Counted from the stretch's first letter, positions 1 through 8,488 are shown. The stretch: 15,877 bases of DNA from Candidatus Micrarchaeia archaeon (GCA_049970015.1 JBMFNT010000007.1:13313-29189); one strand, 5' to 3'. The notes: a model not told the origin generated them from the sequence alone. Numbers and translations: made by a program.

Positions 1-198
1 GATTTTGTTGGGATTGCAAGCAAATGGCAGGAAAGATGGAGCAGGGAAGGAATGTTCAATGCAGAGGTTGATGAAAGCACATAAATTTTATACTATTTCC
101 ATTTTAAATGTATAATATGGATTTTGTTGGGATTGCAAGCAAATGGCAGGAAAGATGGAGCAGGGAAGGAATGTTCAATGCAGAGGTTGATGAAAGCA
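1..198. repeat. 79-bp exact direct repeat (1-79 = 120-198) duplicating the 5' coding end of leuS; offset 119 bp
   Basis: gattttgttgggattgcaagc...gttgatgaaagca occurs at 1-79 and at 120-198; the first copy may be cut by the window edge. Confidence 0.95.
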
Positions 199-2834
199 GA
201 CAAAAGTTTTACATAACTGCTGCATTTCCATATCCTAACAGCCCACAGCATATTGGGCATGCACGGACATATACAATAACCGATGTATATGCACGGTACA
301 TGAGAATGCGGGGTAAGAATGTTCTGTTCCCGATGGCATTTCATGTAACAGGCACTCCTATAATTGCAATGGCAAAGAGGATCGAGGAAAAAGACAAGGA
401 AATACTTGATATATTTACAGAAGTGTATGGAATGGATAAAAGCACTGTGGAATCGCTGAGAGATCCAACAGATCTTGTAATGTATTTCAGTAAAGAGATT
501 GAACAAGGAATGCGTGAGATGGGATTTTCAATAGACTGGAGAAGGAAATTTTACTCATTTGACCCGGAGTTTAACAGTTTTGTTGAATGGCAATTCAATA
601 AGCTTATGGAGAAGGGTGTGATCACAAAAGGAAAACATCCTGTCCCGTTTTGCCCAAAGTGCGGCAATGCAGTTGGCGGGCATGATACAAAAGGTGATGT
701 TGACCCTGAGCTTGGGGAGTTTGTATGCCTTAAGTTTAGGTTTGAAGATGGATACCTTCCTGCAGCAACACTCAGGCCGGAGACTGTGTATGGGGTCACA
801 AACATGTGGGTTAATGAAGAAGAGATGTACGTGAAAGCAAGAGTAGATGGGGAGATTATGTATATATCAAGAAATGCTGCAGAAAAGTTCAGGCTGCAGG
901 AACACAATGTTGAGATACTTAAAGAAATGGAGGGAAGGTATTTTATCGAAAAGAAATGTACTGCCCCTATTATTGGAAAAGAAGTGCCCATATACCACTC
1001 AACTTTTGTTGATGTGGGTAATGCAACTGGTGTGGTCATGAGCGTGCCTGCACACGCACCATATGATTATATCGCACTCAAAGAAAGTGTAGGAGAAGAT
1101 GTGGATAGCATGCTCATAAGCATAATAGATACTGGACTTGGTAAGTACCCTGCAAAAACAGTATGCGAACAGATGGGAATAGTGCGTCTGAGCGATCCTA
1201 AGCTTGAGGATGCCACACGACTCGTTTACAGAAAGGAGTTGAGAGAGGGTAGGATGAGTTTTGGTGAGTTGAAAGGAATAGGTGTTGAAGAAGCTAGGGA
1301 TGCTGTAAAAAGAATGTTGTTAGAGAGCGGAGATGGCATTCTGCTGTACGAAGTAATCAACAGGCCGGTAAGGTGCAGGTGTGGGGGTATTGTTGAGGTC
1401 AAGATATTTGATGACCAGTGGTTTATAGACTATGGAAATGAGGAATGGAAAAAACTGGCACGGGAATGCCTTGCATCAATGTCGATTGTTCCAGAAGAAA
1501 GGAGAAAAGATTTTGAGTATGCAATTGAGTGGTTGCAGAGGAAGGCGTGCACACGGGCAAGTGGGCTAGGTACAAGGTTTCCGTTTGACAAGACTAAGAT
1601 GATAGAGGCATTATCTGATTCTACTATGTACATGGCATTCTATACTGTAAGGCATAAACTGAGAAGGCCACTAAGCATTGAGGAATGGGATTATGTTATG
1701 CTTGGGAAAGGTAATGGGAATAGTGAATTGGATGAGCTTAGAAAAAGCTTTGAGTACTGGTATCCATTGGATTCGAGACATTCTGGTGCAGACCTCATAT
1801 ACAATCATCTACCTTTCTTTATATTTAACCATGCAAGAGTATTTGATAGAGATAAATGGCCCAAGCAGATTGTAGTTAACGGGTTTGTACTCATGGAAGG
1901 GCAAAAAATGAGCAAGAGCCTTGGGAACATACTACCGCTGCGCAAGGCAATAAAAGAGTATGGGCCAGACCCCATACGGTTGTCTGTTGTTGGTGGTGCT
2001 GGAATTAGTGATGATACCGATTTTAACAGGGCTATGATCGAAGGTATAATAAGCCGGCTTAGGTTTATGAGTGAGGTTAGTAATAATCTGTCTAATCATG
2101 CACAGAGTAATGTGGAGAGATGGTTGGAGCAAAGGTTTGTGAGGTATTATAACGAGGGAATAAGGCATTATGATAGGATTGAGTTAAAAGAGATTGTAAA
2201 CGATGCAATCTATAAGTTTACAAGTGATGTCAAGTGGTGCATGAAAAGAAAAGGTAGGCCTACAAGGAACATGTTCAAACAATGGCTGAAATTAATTGCA
2301 CCAATGTGTCCGCATTACTGCGATGAAATGTGGGAAAGTATTGGAGAGAAAGGGTTTGTAACCGGACAAGTGCTCTATCCTGAAATCGAGTATGAGGTTG
2401 ATATGGCGCTTGAAGAGGGTGAAAGGGTAATAAAGCAAACTGTTGAAGACATCGCAGAGATAAGAAAGCTTGTTGGAAGGCAACCTAAAAAGATTGTTCT
2501 GATAGTTGCAAATGAGTTCAAGAGAGAGGTGTTTGAAGGGATAGGTGATGTGAAAAACATCAATGAAGCTCTCAAGAAGGTCATGGGTATTGATAAATTT
2601 AGGAAGAATGCAAAAGAGGCTGCTGCGCTCGTAAAGAGTGCAATCAAGTGGAAGCCTGAGGTTGTGCTGAGCGAGGAGAATGAGTATGGGGTTCTATTGG
2701 ATGCAGGGCAGTTTATGGAAGAGGAATGCGGCGCCCCTGTGGAAGTTATATTAGAGAAGGATGCACCCGAACATATGAAGGAAAAGGCTGTAAAGGCATT
2801 GCCTGGAAAGCCCTGTATATTCTTTGAGGTTTAA
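117..2834 (+). CDS. leuS: Leucyl-tRNA synthetase (archaeal type)
   Basis: FPYPNSPQHIGH (HIGH motif), KMSKS, CP1 editing motifs ATLRPET and GVVMSVPAHAPYDY, Zn-knuckle CPKC, C-terminal KALPGKP. Start ATG117 preferred over ATG108 because a TTTATA box lies about 25 nt upstream. Confidence 0.97.
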   Translation: MDFVGIASKWQERWSREGMFNAEVDESRQKFYITAAFPYPNSPQHIGHARTYTITDVYARYMRMRGKNVLFPMAFHVTGTPIIAMAKRIEEKDKEILDIFTEVYGMDKSTVESLRDPTDLVMYFSKEIEQGMREMGFSIDWRRKFYSFDPEFNSFVEWQFNKLMEKGVITKGKHPVPFCPKCGNAVGGHDTKGDVDPELGEFVCLKFRFEDGYLPAATLRPETVYGVTNMWVNEEEMYVKARVDGEIMYISRNAAEKFRLQEHNVEILKEMEGRYFIEKKCTAPIIGKEVPIYHSTFVDVGNATGVVMSVPAHAPYDYIALKESVGEDVDSMLISIIDTGLGKYPAKTVCEQMGIVRLSDPKLEDATRLVYRKELREGRMSFGELKGIGVEEARDAVKRMLLESGDGILLYEVINRPVRCRCGGIVEVKIFDDQWFIDYGNEEWKKLARECLASMSIVPEERRKDFEYAIEWLQRKACTRASGLGTRFPFDKTKMIEALSDSTMYMAFYTVRHKLRRPLSIEEWDYVMLGKGNGNSELDELRKSFEYWYPLDSRHSGADLIYNHLPFFIFNHARVFDRDKWPKQIVVNGFVLMEGQKMSKSLGNILPLRKAIKEYGPDPIRLSVVGGAGISDDTDFNRAMIEGIISRLRFMSEVSNNLSNHAQSNVERWLEQRFVRYYNEGIRHYDRIELKEIVNDAIYKFTSDVKWCMKRKGRPTRNMFKQWLKLIAPMCPHYCDEMWESIGEKGFVTGQVLYPEIEYEVDMALEEGERVIKQTVEDIAEIRKLVGRQPKKIVLIVANEFKREVFEGIGDVKNINEALKKVMGIDKFRKNAKEAAALVKSAIKWKPEVVLSEENEYGVLLDAGQFMEEECGAPVEVILEKDAPEHMKEKAVKALPGKPCIFFEV

Positions 2835-2848
2835 CTATAACTTCACTT

Positions 2849-3340
2849 TTATTTGGTTCCTAATAGCCATCTCCACAGAAGGATATATTCTATTTCTTTT
2901 GTTTTATCATCCACCAGGCCATAGGCCACTTGGATAATTTGTTCAGTTATTGATCCATCTCTGATTACAAAATCAACTTCCCTGCCTTCTTTGCTCTTCC
3001 AATAATTTATCTCTTGATTTTTCGGAATATCCTTGAGATAAGCATTCAGTAGGTTAATTTTCTCAGTTCTATTTTCTTCAAGGACAGCCTCAGGAAATCC
3101 CACATATTTCAAACAATCATTAGGATCTCTCTCTATTTTGTCAATTCCGACAGTAGTCTTTTCAACAATACCCAACATGTCTTTTTTCAATCTTTGATAC
3201 AAAAGAATTAGCAGACTTGACTTGCCAGAACGTCTTATTCCAGTAATTGCCATAATCTTGAGTTTTGAATTGGCCTCTATTCTTGCTAGATCTACTTCCC
3301 TCTCCCTCAACTCTTTTTTCTGTGCATAAGTGCACCACAT
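2849..3340 (-). pseudogene. Internally deleted AAA+ ATPase (AAA_14/DUF4143-like) remnant
   Basis: Walker A GIRRSGKS, GFPE block, C-terminal YWKS..GREVDFV...IQV and LLWRWLL are present, but there is no Walker B and it is about 160 aa versus about 400+ aa for the family; start uncertain (ORF extends to 3412). Confidence 0.75.
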
Positions 3341-3469
3341 ATGGAACAGATGTTTGAAGAGTTGTTTTTGTACAAAACAGTTTGTAAACATTAACGTTTT
3401 AATAGAAAACAATCTACAGAGGAAATAGCAATGTTTTTAAACAAGAAACGTGTTAATGAATTGATTACA

Positions 3470-3751
3470 ATGCTGAAAGGGAAGGTTAATCGCAGGCTTG
3501 AGAAAAGAAGTGTGTTGGGTATATGGAAAAAGGTTGATATTCCTGAGCTTATGGGGATAGATAGAGATCACTTAAAAGAGATAGAATATATGCTCATAAA
3601 CAACCAAGGTATGCAAAAGATAATGAAATATGTTGAGGATAATATGCCAGACTGGACCGTTTCATACTGCTATAGGGAAGGGGTTCATATCATAACAATT
3701 GAGAATAAAAAGACATTTTCCAAGAAAAGGATTGTGTTTGAGGTTGAATGA
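3470..3751 (+). CDS. Hypothetical protein
   Basis: ORF 3431-3751 with host-like Lys/Glu-rich composition; AATGTTTTTAAA TATA-like box at about 3430-3441 favours ATG3470. Confidence 0.6.
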   Translation: MLKGKVNRRLEKRSVLGIWKKVDIPELMGIDRDHLKEIEYMLINNQGMQKIMKYVEDNMPDWTVSYCYREGVHIITIENKKTFSKKRIVFEVE

Positions 3752-3760
3752 GCATTTCAA

Positions 3761-4285
3761 TCAATCTGCCTTCAAGTTTTTCAGAAATGCATAAAGCATA
3801 GCGATCGTTATTATGAACTTAAGCCAGTCTTTCCAGTCATCATTCTTTTCACCATATTTCTTGAAAGCGGGTTTATGACCTTCCCACTCTTTTTTTATCT
3901 CATTCCAGAATCCAATATCTTTGAGGCATTCCATTTCCATTCCGGGACCATACTTTTCGAAAACCTTTCTCCCCTTCTCCTCAACAACTTTGTAGTTGTC
4001 GAACATTGTATTCTTGCTTAGTATGACAGATTGCTCATGAAAATCTAAGGTGGTAAATTTTGGTGCATATGGACCAAGGTTTTTGTTCTGCGCATAAAGA
4101 ACAGCACGTTTAGTCTCTGCAAATTCCTTACATATGGGATCATTTCTTATTCCTCCTTGTGCATACGTTGGAGTGCTAATAAGCACGGTCGACCAGAGTA
4201 GCATTCCAGCAAAAATATGGCGTAGCCTATTCTTCTTACATCCCTGCTTGCTCTCAAACCTATTTAGGATTTCAAGCCTGTTCAT
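3761..4285 (-). CDS. Hypothetical membrane-anchored/exported protein
   Basis: 174 aa; N-terminal signal-like segment (RLRHIFAGMLLWSTVLISTPTYA|Q), C-terminal hydrophobic helix (WLKFIITIAMLYAFL); TATA-like AATGTTTAAA at 4320-4311. Confidence 0.7.
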   Translation of the reverse strand: MNRLEILNRFESKQGCKKNRLRHIFAGMLLWSTVLISTPTYAQGGIRNDPICKEFAETKRAVLYAQNKNLGPYAPKFTTLDFHEQSVILSKNTMFDNYKVVEEKGRKVFEKYGPGMEMECLKDIGFWNEIKKEWEGHKPAFKKYGEKNDDWKDWLKFIITIAMLYAFLKNLKAD

Positions 4286-4332
4286 ACAAGAAATTTACAA
4301 ATCAGCTATTTTTAAACATTGTCAACCCCTAG

Positions 4333-4339
4333 AAAAAAA
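4333..4339 (-). terminator. Oligo-T (T7) putative terminator of tRNA-Tyr
   Basis: A7 run on the plus strand 3 nt past the tRNA discriminator base. Confidence 0.55.
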
Positions 4340-4342
4340 GCA

Positions 4343-4670
4343 TCCCGCCGAGCGGATTCTCATATTGAATGGCGGGCACAGGCGCCCTTCATTCCTTCAC
4401 AACCTTCTACTGGTAGGAGCACTGCGTAAGCAGTGCGGGGGGAGGGTTGCGAAGGGCGGGCACAGGCGCCCTTCATTCCTTCACAACCTTCTACTGGTAG
4501 GAGCACTGCGTAAGCAGTGCGGGGGGAGGGTTGCGAAGGGCGGGCACAGGCGCCCTTCGTTTGAACCACTAACCTGCCGGTCACAGCCAACCTTGGGAAA
4601 TAATTCCCAGTTGCTCATTTGGCTTTTTGGCAAACTACAGCCGGCCGCTCTACCGTTGAGCTACGGCGGG
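4343..4670 (-). tRNA. tRNA-Tyr(GTA) with two introns: 37/38 (4634-4582, 53 nt) and 59/60 (4559-4357, 203 nt)
   Basis: Exons: CCCGCCGTAGCTCAACGGTAGAGCGGCCGGCTGTAG (4670-4635), ACCGGCAGGTTAGTGGTTCAAA (4581-4560), TCCGCTCGGCGGGA (4356-4343). Joined they give a full cloverleaf with C1-G72 and A73 (archaeal Tyr identity); CCA not encoded. Confidence 0.92.
4367..4558. repeat. 84-bp GC-rich tandem repeat (2 units + 24 bp) inside the tRNA-Tyr T-loop intron
   Basis: 24-nt palindrome gaagggcgggcacaggcgcccttc at 4367 (one mismatch), 4451 and 4535, separated by two identical 60-nt segments. Confidence 0.97.
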
Positions 4671-4695
4671 ATAAAGAAAAATTAGGCGTGGTAAG

Positions 4696-4705
4696 TTTTT
4701 TAAAT
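4696..4705. promoter_or_regulatory. TATA box, possibly shared by the divergent tRNA-Tyr and hydrolase genes
   Basis: TTTTTTAAAT contains TTTAAA on both strands, about 26-28 nt from 4670 (minus) and from ATG4730 (plus). Confidence 0.5.
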
Positions 4706-4729
4706 CTCGCCCGTTCTAAGAAAAATTTT

Positions 4730-5461
4730 ATGATAGATCTCATAGAGCTTGAGTCAAACAATAGAAAAGTAGTGGCAGACTATTACCACAATGGAAATAA
4801 CAGGTCAGCAATGGTTCTATTGCATGGCTTTCTCTCATCAAAAGAAAGTATGAGTGGGATTGCAGATGAATTGTTGAAATCAGGCTTTGATTCAATAGCA
4901 ATAGATTATAATGGTCATGGAGACAGTGAGGGAGATTTCTCTGAGTTTACAATCTCCCGTGCAATTGATGATTGCAGGTCTGCACATGTTTTTTTGTCCT
5001 CTAATGGCTATGAAAAAATCGGTATATTAGGGTTCAGTATAGGTGGATATGTTGCACTTAACTATACAAAAAAACACAGTGGTGTGGATACACTTGTGCT
5101 ATGTGCCCCACTTTCATCATTTTCACAAATATTTGGAAACGCAGACCTCCCAGAATGGAAAAAAACAAATATGTTCAATTCTGAACATCTTGGCCTTAGC
5201 ATCAGGCTCAATTACGATTTTTACGAGGATGGCATGTCTTATGATGGGTATGATACATACACTTCAATAAATGTTCCTGTGCTAATACTCCACGGGGTGG
5301 CAGATGATGTTGTGCCCATATTACACAGTGAAATGCTCTTAAAAAGCCTAAAGAATGCATACCTGTTTCGTTTAAACAGCAACCACTCTATATTTTCAAA
5401 CAAGTCGTACAATGAGGCAATAGATGCAATATTAAAATGGCTGCGTACCTACCTCAAATGA
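4730..5461 (+). CDS. Alpha/beta-fold hydrolase (esterase/serine aminopeptidase S33-like)
   Basis: LLHGF oxyanion motif, DYNGHGDSEG, nucleophile GFSIGG, LILHGVADDVVP (Asp), SNHSI (His). Start moved to ATG4730 because the longer ORF overlaps tRNA-Tyr. Confidence 0.92.
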   Translation: MIDLIELESNNRKVVADYYHNGNNRSAMVLLHGFLSSKESMSGIADELLKSGFDSIAIDYNGHGDSEGDFSEFTISRAIDDCRSAHVFLSSNGYEKIGILGFSIGGYVALNYTKKHSGVDTLVLCAPLSSFSQIFGNADLPEWKKTNMFNSEHLGLSIRLNYDFYEDGMSYDGYDTYTSINVPVLILHGVADDVVPILHSEMLLKSLKNAYLFRLNSNHSIFSNKSYNEAIDAILKWLRTYLK

Positions 5462-5503
5462 AGTATAATCCTGTCACATTTTATTTATAGCAATTCATTT
5501 TTT

Positions 5504-5932
5504 TCAGTTCCTGCAACTCTCTGTTTCTTTTTGCATTCCTGCCTTAACATAACACTCAACAGCATCAAAATAATAGCCTATCTTCTTATAAGCCTCGGCT
5601 GCTTTCATAAATCCTTCCTTTGTCCCCATCCTCTTATAGCACTCGGCCGCACTCCAATAACAGTGACTCTCCTCATATGCCTTGCCTACTTTCATGTAGC
5701 TCTCACTCAATAATTTATTAATAGCTTTCTTCTCTTTCGGATCCAATGTTTCTATTGTTAGAATATCCATAAGATAAGTAACTATGCTTTTAGGGTCTTT
5801 GAGAACAGCAATATCTTTTTCTATTTGCTCTTTTGTTAGTCTCATATTTTCCTCCACTGCTGGCTCTTTCTTTTTGAATGGACTATTCTCTTCAACACAT
5901 TTTCCTATCTTTTCTTTTTTCATTTTTTCCAT
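5504..5932 (-). CDS. Hypothetical protein with TPR/SNAP-like helical repeats
   Basis: Repeated motifs KVGKAYEE / SAAECYKRMG / KAAEAYKKIG / DAVECYVKAG; TATA-like AATGTTTAAATATA upstream. Confidence 0.65.
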   Translation of the reverse strand: MEKMKKEKIGKCVEENSPFKKKEPAVEENMRLTKEQIEKDIAVLKDPKSIVTYLMDILTIETLDPKEKKAINKLLSESYMKVGKAYEESHCYWSAAECYKRMGTKEGFMKAAEAYKKIGYYFDAVECYVKAGMQKETESCRN

Positions 5933-6093
5933 ATTACCACAACGTATACTAAAACATTATTATATTTAAACATTTCACTCTGCTGCCGAGTGGAATTAAC
6001 CAATATGGTTTGAATATAATTAGTGTTGTTTTGAGCCCTACTACAATACTATTTTAAGAATTACTCTCTTCAAATGTAAAAAGAGGGAGTGGA

Positions 6094-6408
6094 ATGTCTC
6101 TTGAATCTAAGTTTGAGCGCCTTGTTGAAAGTGAAAATAAAGCGCGCAGGATTATTGAGGCTGCACGAGAAGAGGTGCAGGGGATCAACAAGGAGACTGA
6201 TTCAAGGATTGCTGAGATGCGTAGAAAATATGAAGAGAAAATTGAAGAGAAGAAAAGGGAGATGTATGAGAGCGCTTTAAAATCTGTTGCAAAGGAGATT
6301 GAAAAGATAAATGCAAGTGAAAAGAAGGCCATATCAAAAATCAAGTCCATAAAAAAGGGTAAGATTAATTCAGTTGCAAAAAGCGCTTTACGTGTAATCT
6401 TGGTGTGA
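6094..6408 (+). CDS. atpH: A-type ATP synthase subunit H (peripheral stalk)
   Basis: 104 aa charged coiled-coil (ESENKARRIIEAAREE), first gene before subunit I; GAGGGAG RBS. Confidence 0.8.
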   Translation: MSLESKFERLVESENKARRIIEAAREEVQGINKETDSRIAEMRRKYEEKIEEKKREMYESALKSVAKEIEKINASEKKAISKIKSIKKGKINSVAKSALRVILV

Positions 6409-6414
6409 ACCTAA

Positions 6415-8199
6415 ATGTTTCCGGAAAAGATGTTGAAAGCTGAAATTGTTGTGCTGAAATCGCGTGTTGAAAAAGTAGTTGAATCCCTGCACCGCATTGG
6501 TGTTTTGCACATAGTACAAGTGGAAAATAATGAATGGGTTAAGAATGCCCCACCACTAAAGAAAGCAGATGATATTGCAAAAAGAATGCAGATTCTAAGG
6601 AAGGTTATGGCAATTGCAAACACTGTGAATGTTGTAAGTGGTGGGAGGAAGAGGTTTGGTGAAAAAGAGGCCGAGAACCTACTAAAAATGTGGGATGAGT
6701 ATGTATTAGAACAGGGTGAATTAAAAGCGGTTGAAGATAAGGTAAGACAACTGGAGATTGTAAGAAAGTTGGGAATCAGGGTACTGCCAAAAAGTGAGAG
6801 GGTTTTTTTGGAGATTTATGAGGTACCGGTAAAACAGATGCAAAAGGTTGCTATCACATGCGAAAAGAGTAATGTTGACTGTTCCTGGCATATGTTAAAA
6901 GAGAAAGGATTTGTGCTGATAGCGGGAAGCGAGAAAGATAAGGAGGTTATACGAGGAATTGCAAAAGAGCACGGCCTCATACCTCTCAATATCAGTTTTT
7001 ATGGAGATGTTGATGAAGAACTGCACAGGCTGGGAGACAAGATTGAGAAATGCAAAGGGAAGATAAGTGATATTTCATCGCGTATTGCAGACATGCTCAG
7101 AAAGGTTATTGAGAGTGTCAAGGAGGAGTATGAACAACTTGAGATAGAGTTTGCGCGTGCAGAGGTTATTGCACGGTTTGGTGAAAGCGAGAGAATATAC
7201 CTTGTAAAAGGATGGATAAGGGAACGTGATAGAGATAAGCTTAACACGGAAATGAAAAGGTTTGGGAAGGATGTTGCAGTCATCCTATCAAAACCTGAGC
7301 ATGGTGAGTTGCCGCCCACATCCCTTAAGACTGAGAAGAATCTGAAACCTTTCGAATCATTATTGACTTATGTATCCGTGCCAAGAAGTGATGAGATAGA
7401 CCCTACAAACATAATCGCACTAACATTACCTATAATGTTTGGCATGATTGTGGGGGATGTAGGGTATTCAATTGTACTTCTAATGCTATCAATGTTTCTG
7501 ATCCCAAGGTTGAGTGGAATACTTAAGGATATAATGTATATAGTGTTCTATTCATCATTCTTTGGCATTCTATGGGGGTTAGTATTTGCAGAGTTCTTCG
7601 GTTTTGAGATAGAGTTTGAACTTCTTGGGATAAGCTTTCCGATCATAAACAGGCTACATAATGTGCTTGAACTACTGTTGCTCACAATAGCTATTGGCGC
7701 AATACATATAGGGTTTGGCAACTTCCTAGGGTTCATTGAAGGATTAAAGCACAAGGATTACAAGCATGCAATAGGTAAGTTGTGCTGGGTTGCACTAGAG
7801 CTTGGAGTGCTTGTGTTAATATTTGATGTGGGGATTGGCAGTGGTATAATACTCATATCATTGGTAGGGATTGTTGCTAGCGAAGGTGCAATCGGGCTTA
7901 TAGAAGTGCCCGGCCTCCTAGCGAACATAATGTCATATACACGTATTGCTGCAGTTGGCCTGTCTGGGGTAATACTGGCACTCTTAATAAACATGATGAG
8001 ACCAGACCCGGGACAGGGCATGCTTATGATATTAACAGGTATATTGTTTGTGGTAGGGCACTTTGTTGCAATCATGCTCGCTGCATTCGAATCTCTTATA
8101 CAAGGGGGACGACTTCATGCAGTTGAGTTTTTCTCAAAGTTTTTCAAAGGTGGAGGTATAATGTTCAATCCGTTCAGGATGAAAAAAGAGGTGGAATGA
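6415..8199 (+). CDS. atpI: A/V-type ATP synthase subunit I (a)
   Basis: MFPEKM start, PPT..K..PFE, EIDPT, FGMIVGDVGY, SYTRIAAVGL (essential Arg), RLHAVEFFSKFF; multi-TM C-terminal half. Confidence 0.96.
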   Translation: MFPEKMLKAEIVVLKSRVEKVVESLHRIGVLHIVQVENNEWVKNAPPLKKADDIAKRMQILRKVMAIANTVNVVSGGRKRFGEKEAENLLKMWDEYVLEQGELKAVEDKVRQLEIVRKLGIRVLPKSERVFLEIYEVPVKQMQKVAITCEKSNVDCSWHMLKEKGFVLIAGSEKDKEVIRGIAKEHGLIPLNISFYGDVDEELHRLGDKIEKCKGKISDISSRIADMLRKVIESVKEEYEQLEIEFARAEVIARFGESERIYLVKGWIRERDRDKLNTEMKRFGKDVAVILSKPEHGELPPTSLKTEKNLKPFESLLTYVSVPRSDEIDPTNIIALTLPIMFGMIVGDVGYSIVLLMLSMFLIPRLSGILKDIMYIVFYSSFFGILWGLVFAEFFGFEIEFELLGISFPIINRLHNVLELLLLTIAIGAIHIGFGNFLGFIEGLKHKDYKHAIGKLCWVALELGVLVLIFDVGIGSGIILISLVGIVASEGAIGLIEVPGLLANIMSYTRIAAVGLSGVILALLINMMRPDPGQGMLMILTGILFVVGHFVAIMLAAFESLIQGGRLHAVEFFSKFFKGGGIMFNPFRMKKEVE

Positions 8200-8200
8200 G

Positions 8201-8488
8201 ATGGCAACAGAACTAGTAAATGTGGTGGACTATGGCTGGGCGCTTGGCCTTACTGCCATAGGTGCGGGAATAAGTATGGGGCTTGGCGCAATTGCCACGG
8301 GTAATGCACAGAGTGCGATAGGTAGCTCTGCCGTAGGTGCAATTGCTGAGAGACCAGAGCTTGCGGGCAACATGCTTATATATGTGGCATTGCCTGAGAC
8401 GACTGCAATACTTGCGCTTGCAATATCTGCAATGCTTATCGTGATGATAGGACAGCCTCTTGCTGGCTCGATCGTAGGTGGACACTAA
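8201..8488 (+). CDS. atpK: A-type ATP synthase subunit K (c, proteolipid; single hairpin)
   Basis: Two hydrophobic helices, AIAERPE loop, LPET ion-binding Glu; GAGGTG RBS. Confidence 0.95.
   Translation: MATELVNVVDYGWALGLTAIGAGISMGLGAIATGNAQSAIGSSAVGAIAERPELAGNMLIYVALPETTAILALAISAMLIVMIGQPLAGSIVGGH

Noticed and set aside
4367..4558. CRISPR array (24-nt palindromic repeat x3)
   Set aside because: The 60-nt spacers are identical, the array lies within a tRNA intron, and there are no cas genes in the window
4357..4634. Box C/D guide RNA or hammerhead ribozyme in the tRNA-Tyr introns
   Set aside because: No RTGATGA/CTGA boxes and no CTGANGA...GAAA core on the transcribed strand
4134..4685. 183-aa plus-strand ORF and 76-aa minus-strand ORF (4360-4590) with 28-aa repeats
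   Set aside because: By-products of the stop-free 84-bp repeat; they overlap tRNA-Tyr
4619..4729. N-terminal extension of the hydrolase ORF
   Set aside because: Overlaps tRNA-Tyr exon 1 and its promoter; ATG4730 fits the fold
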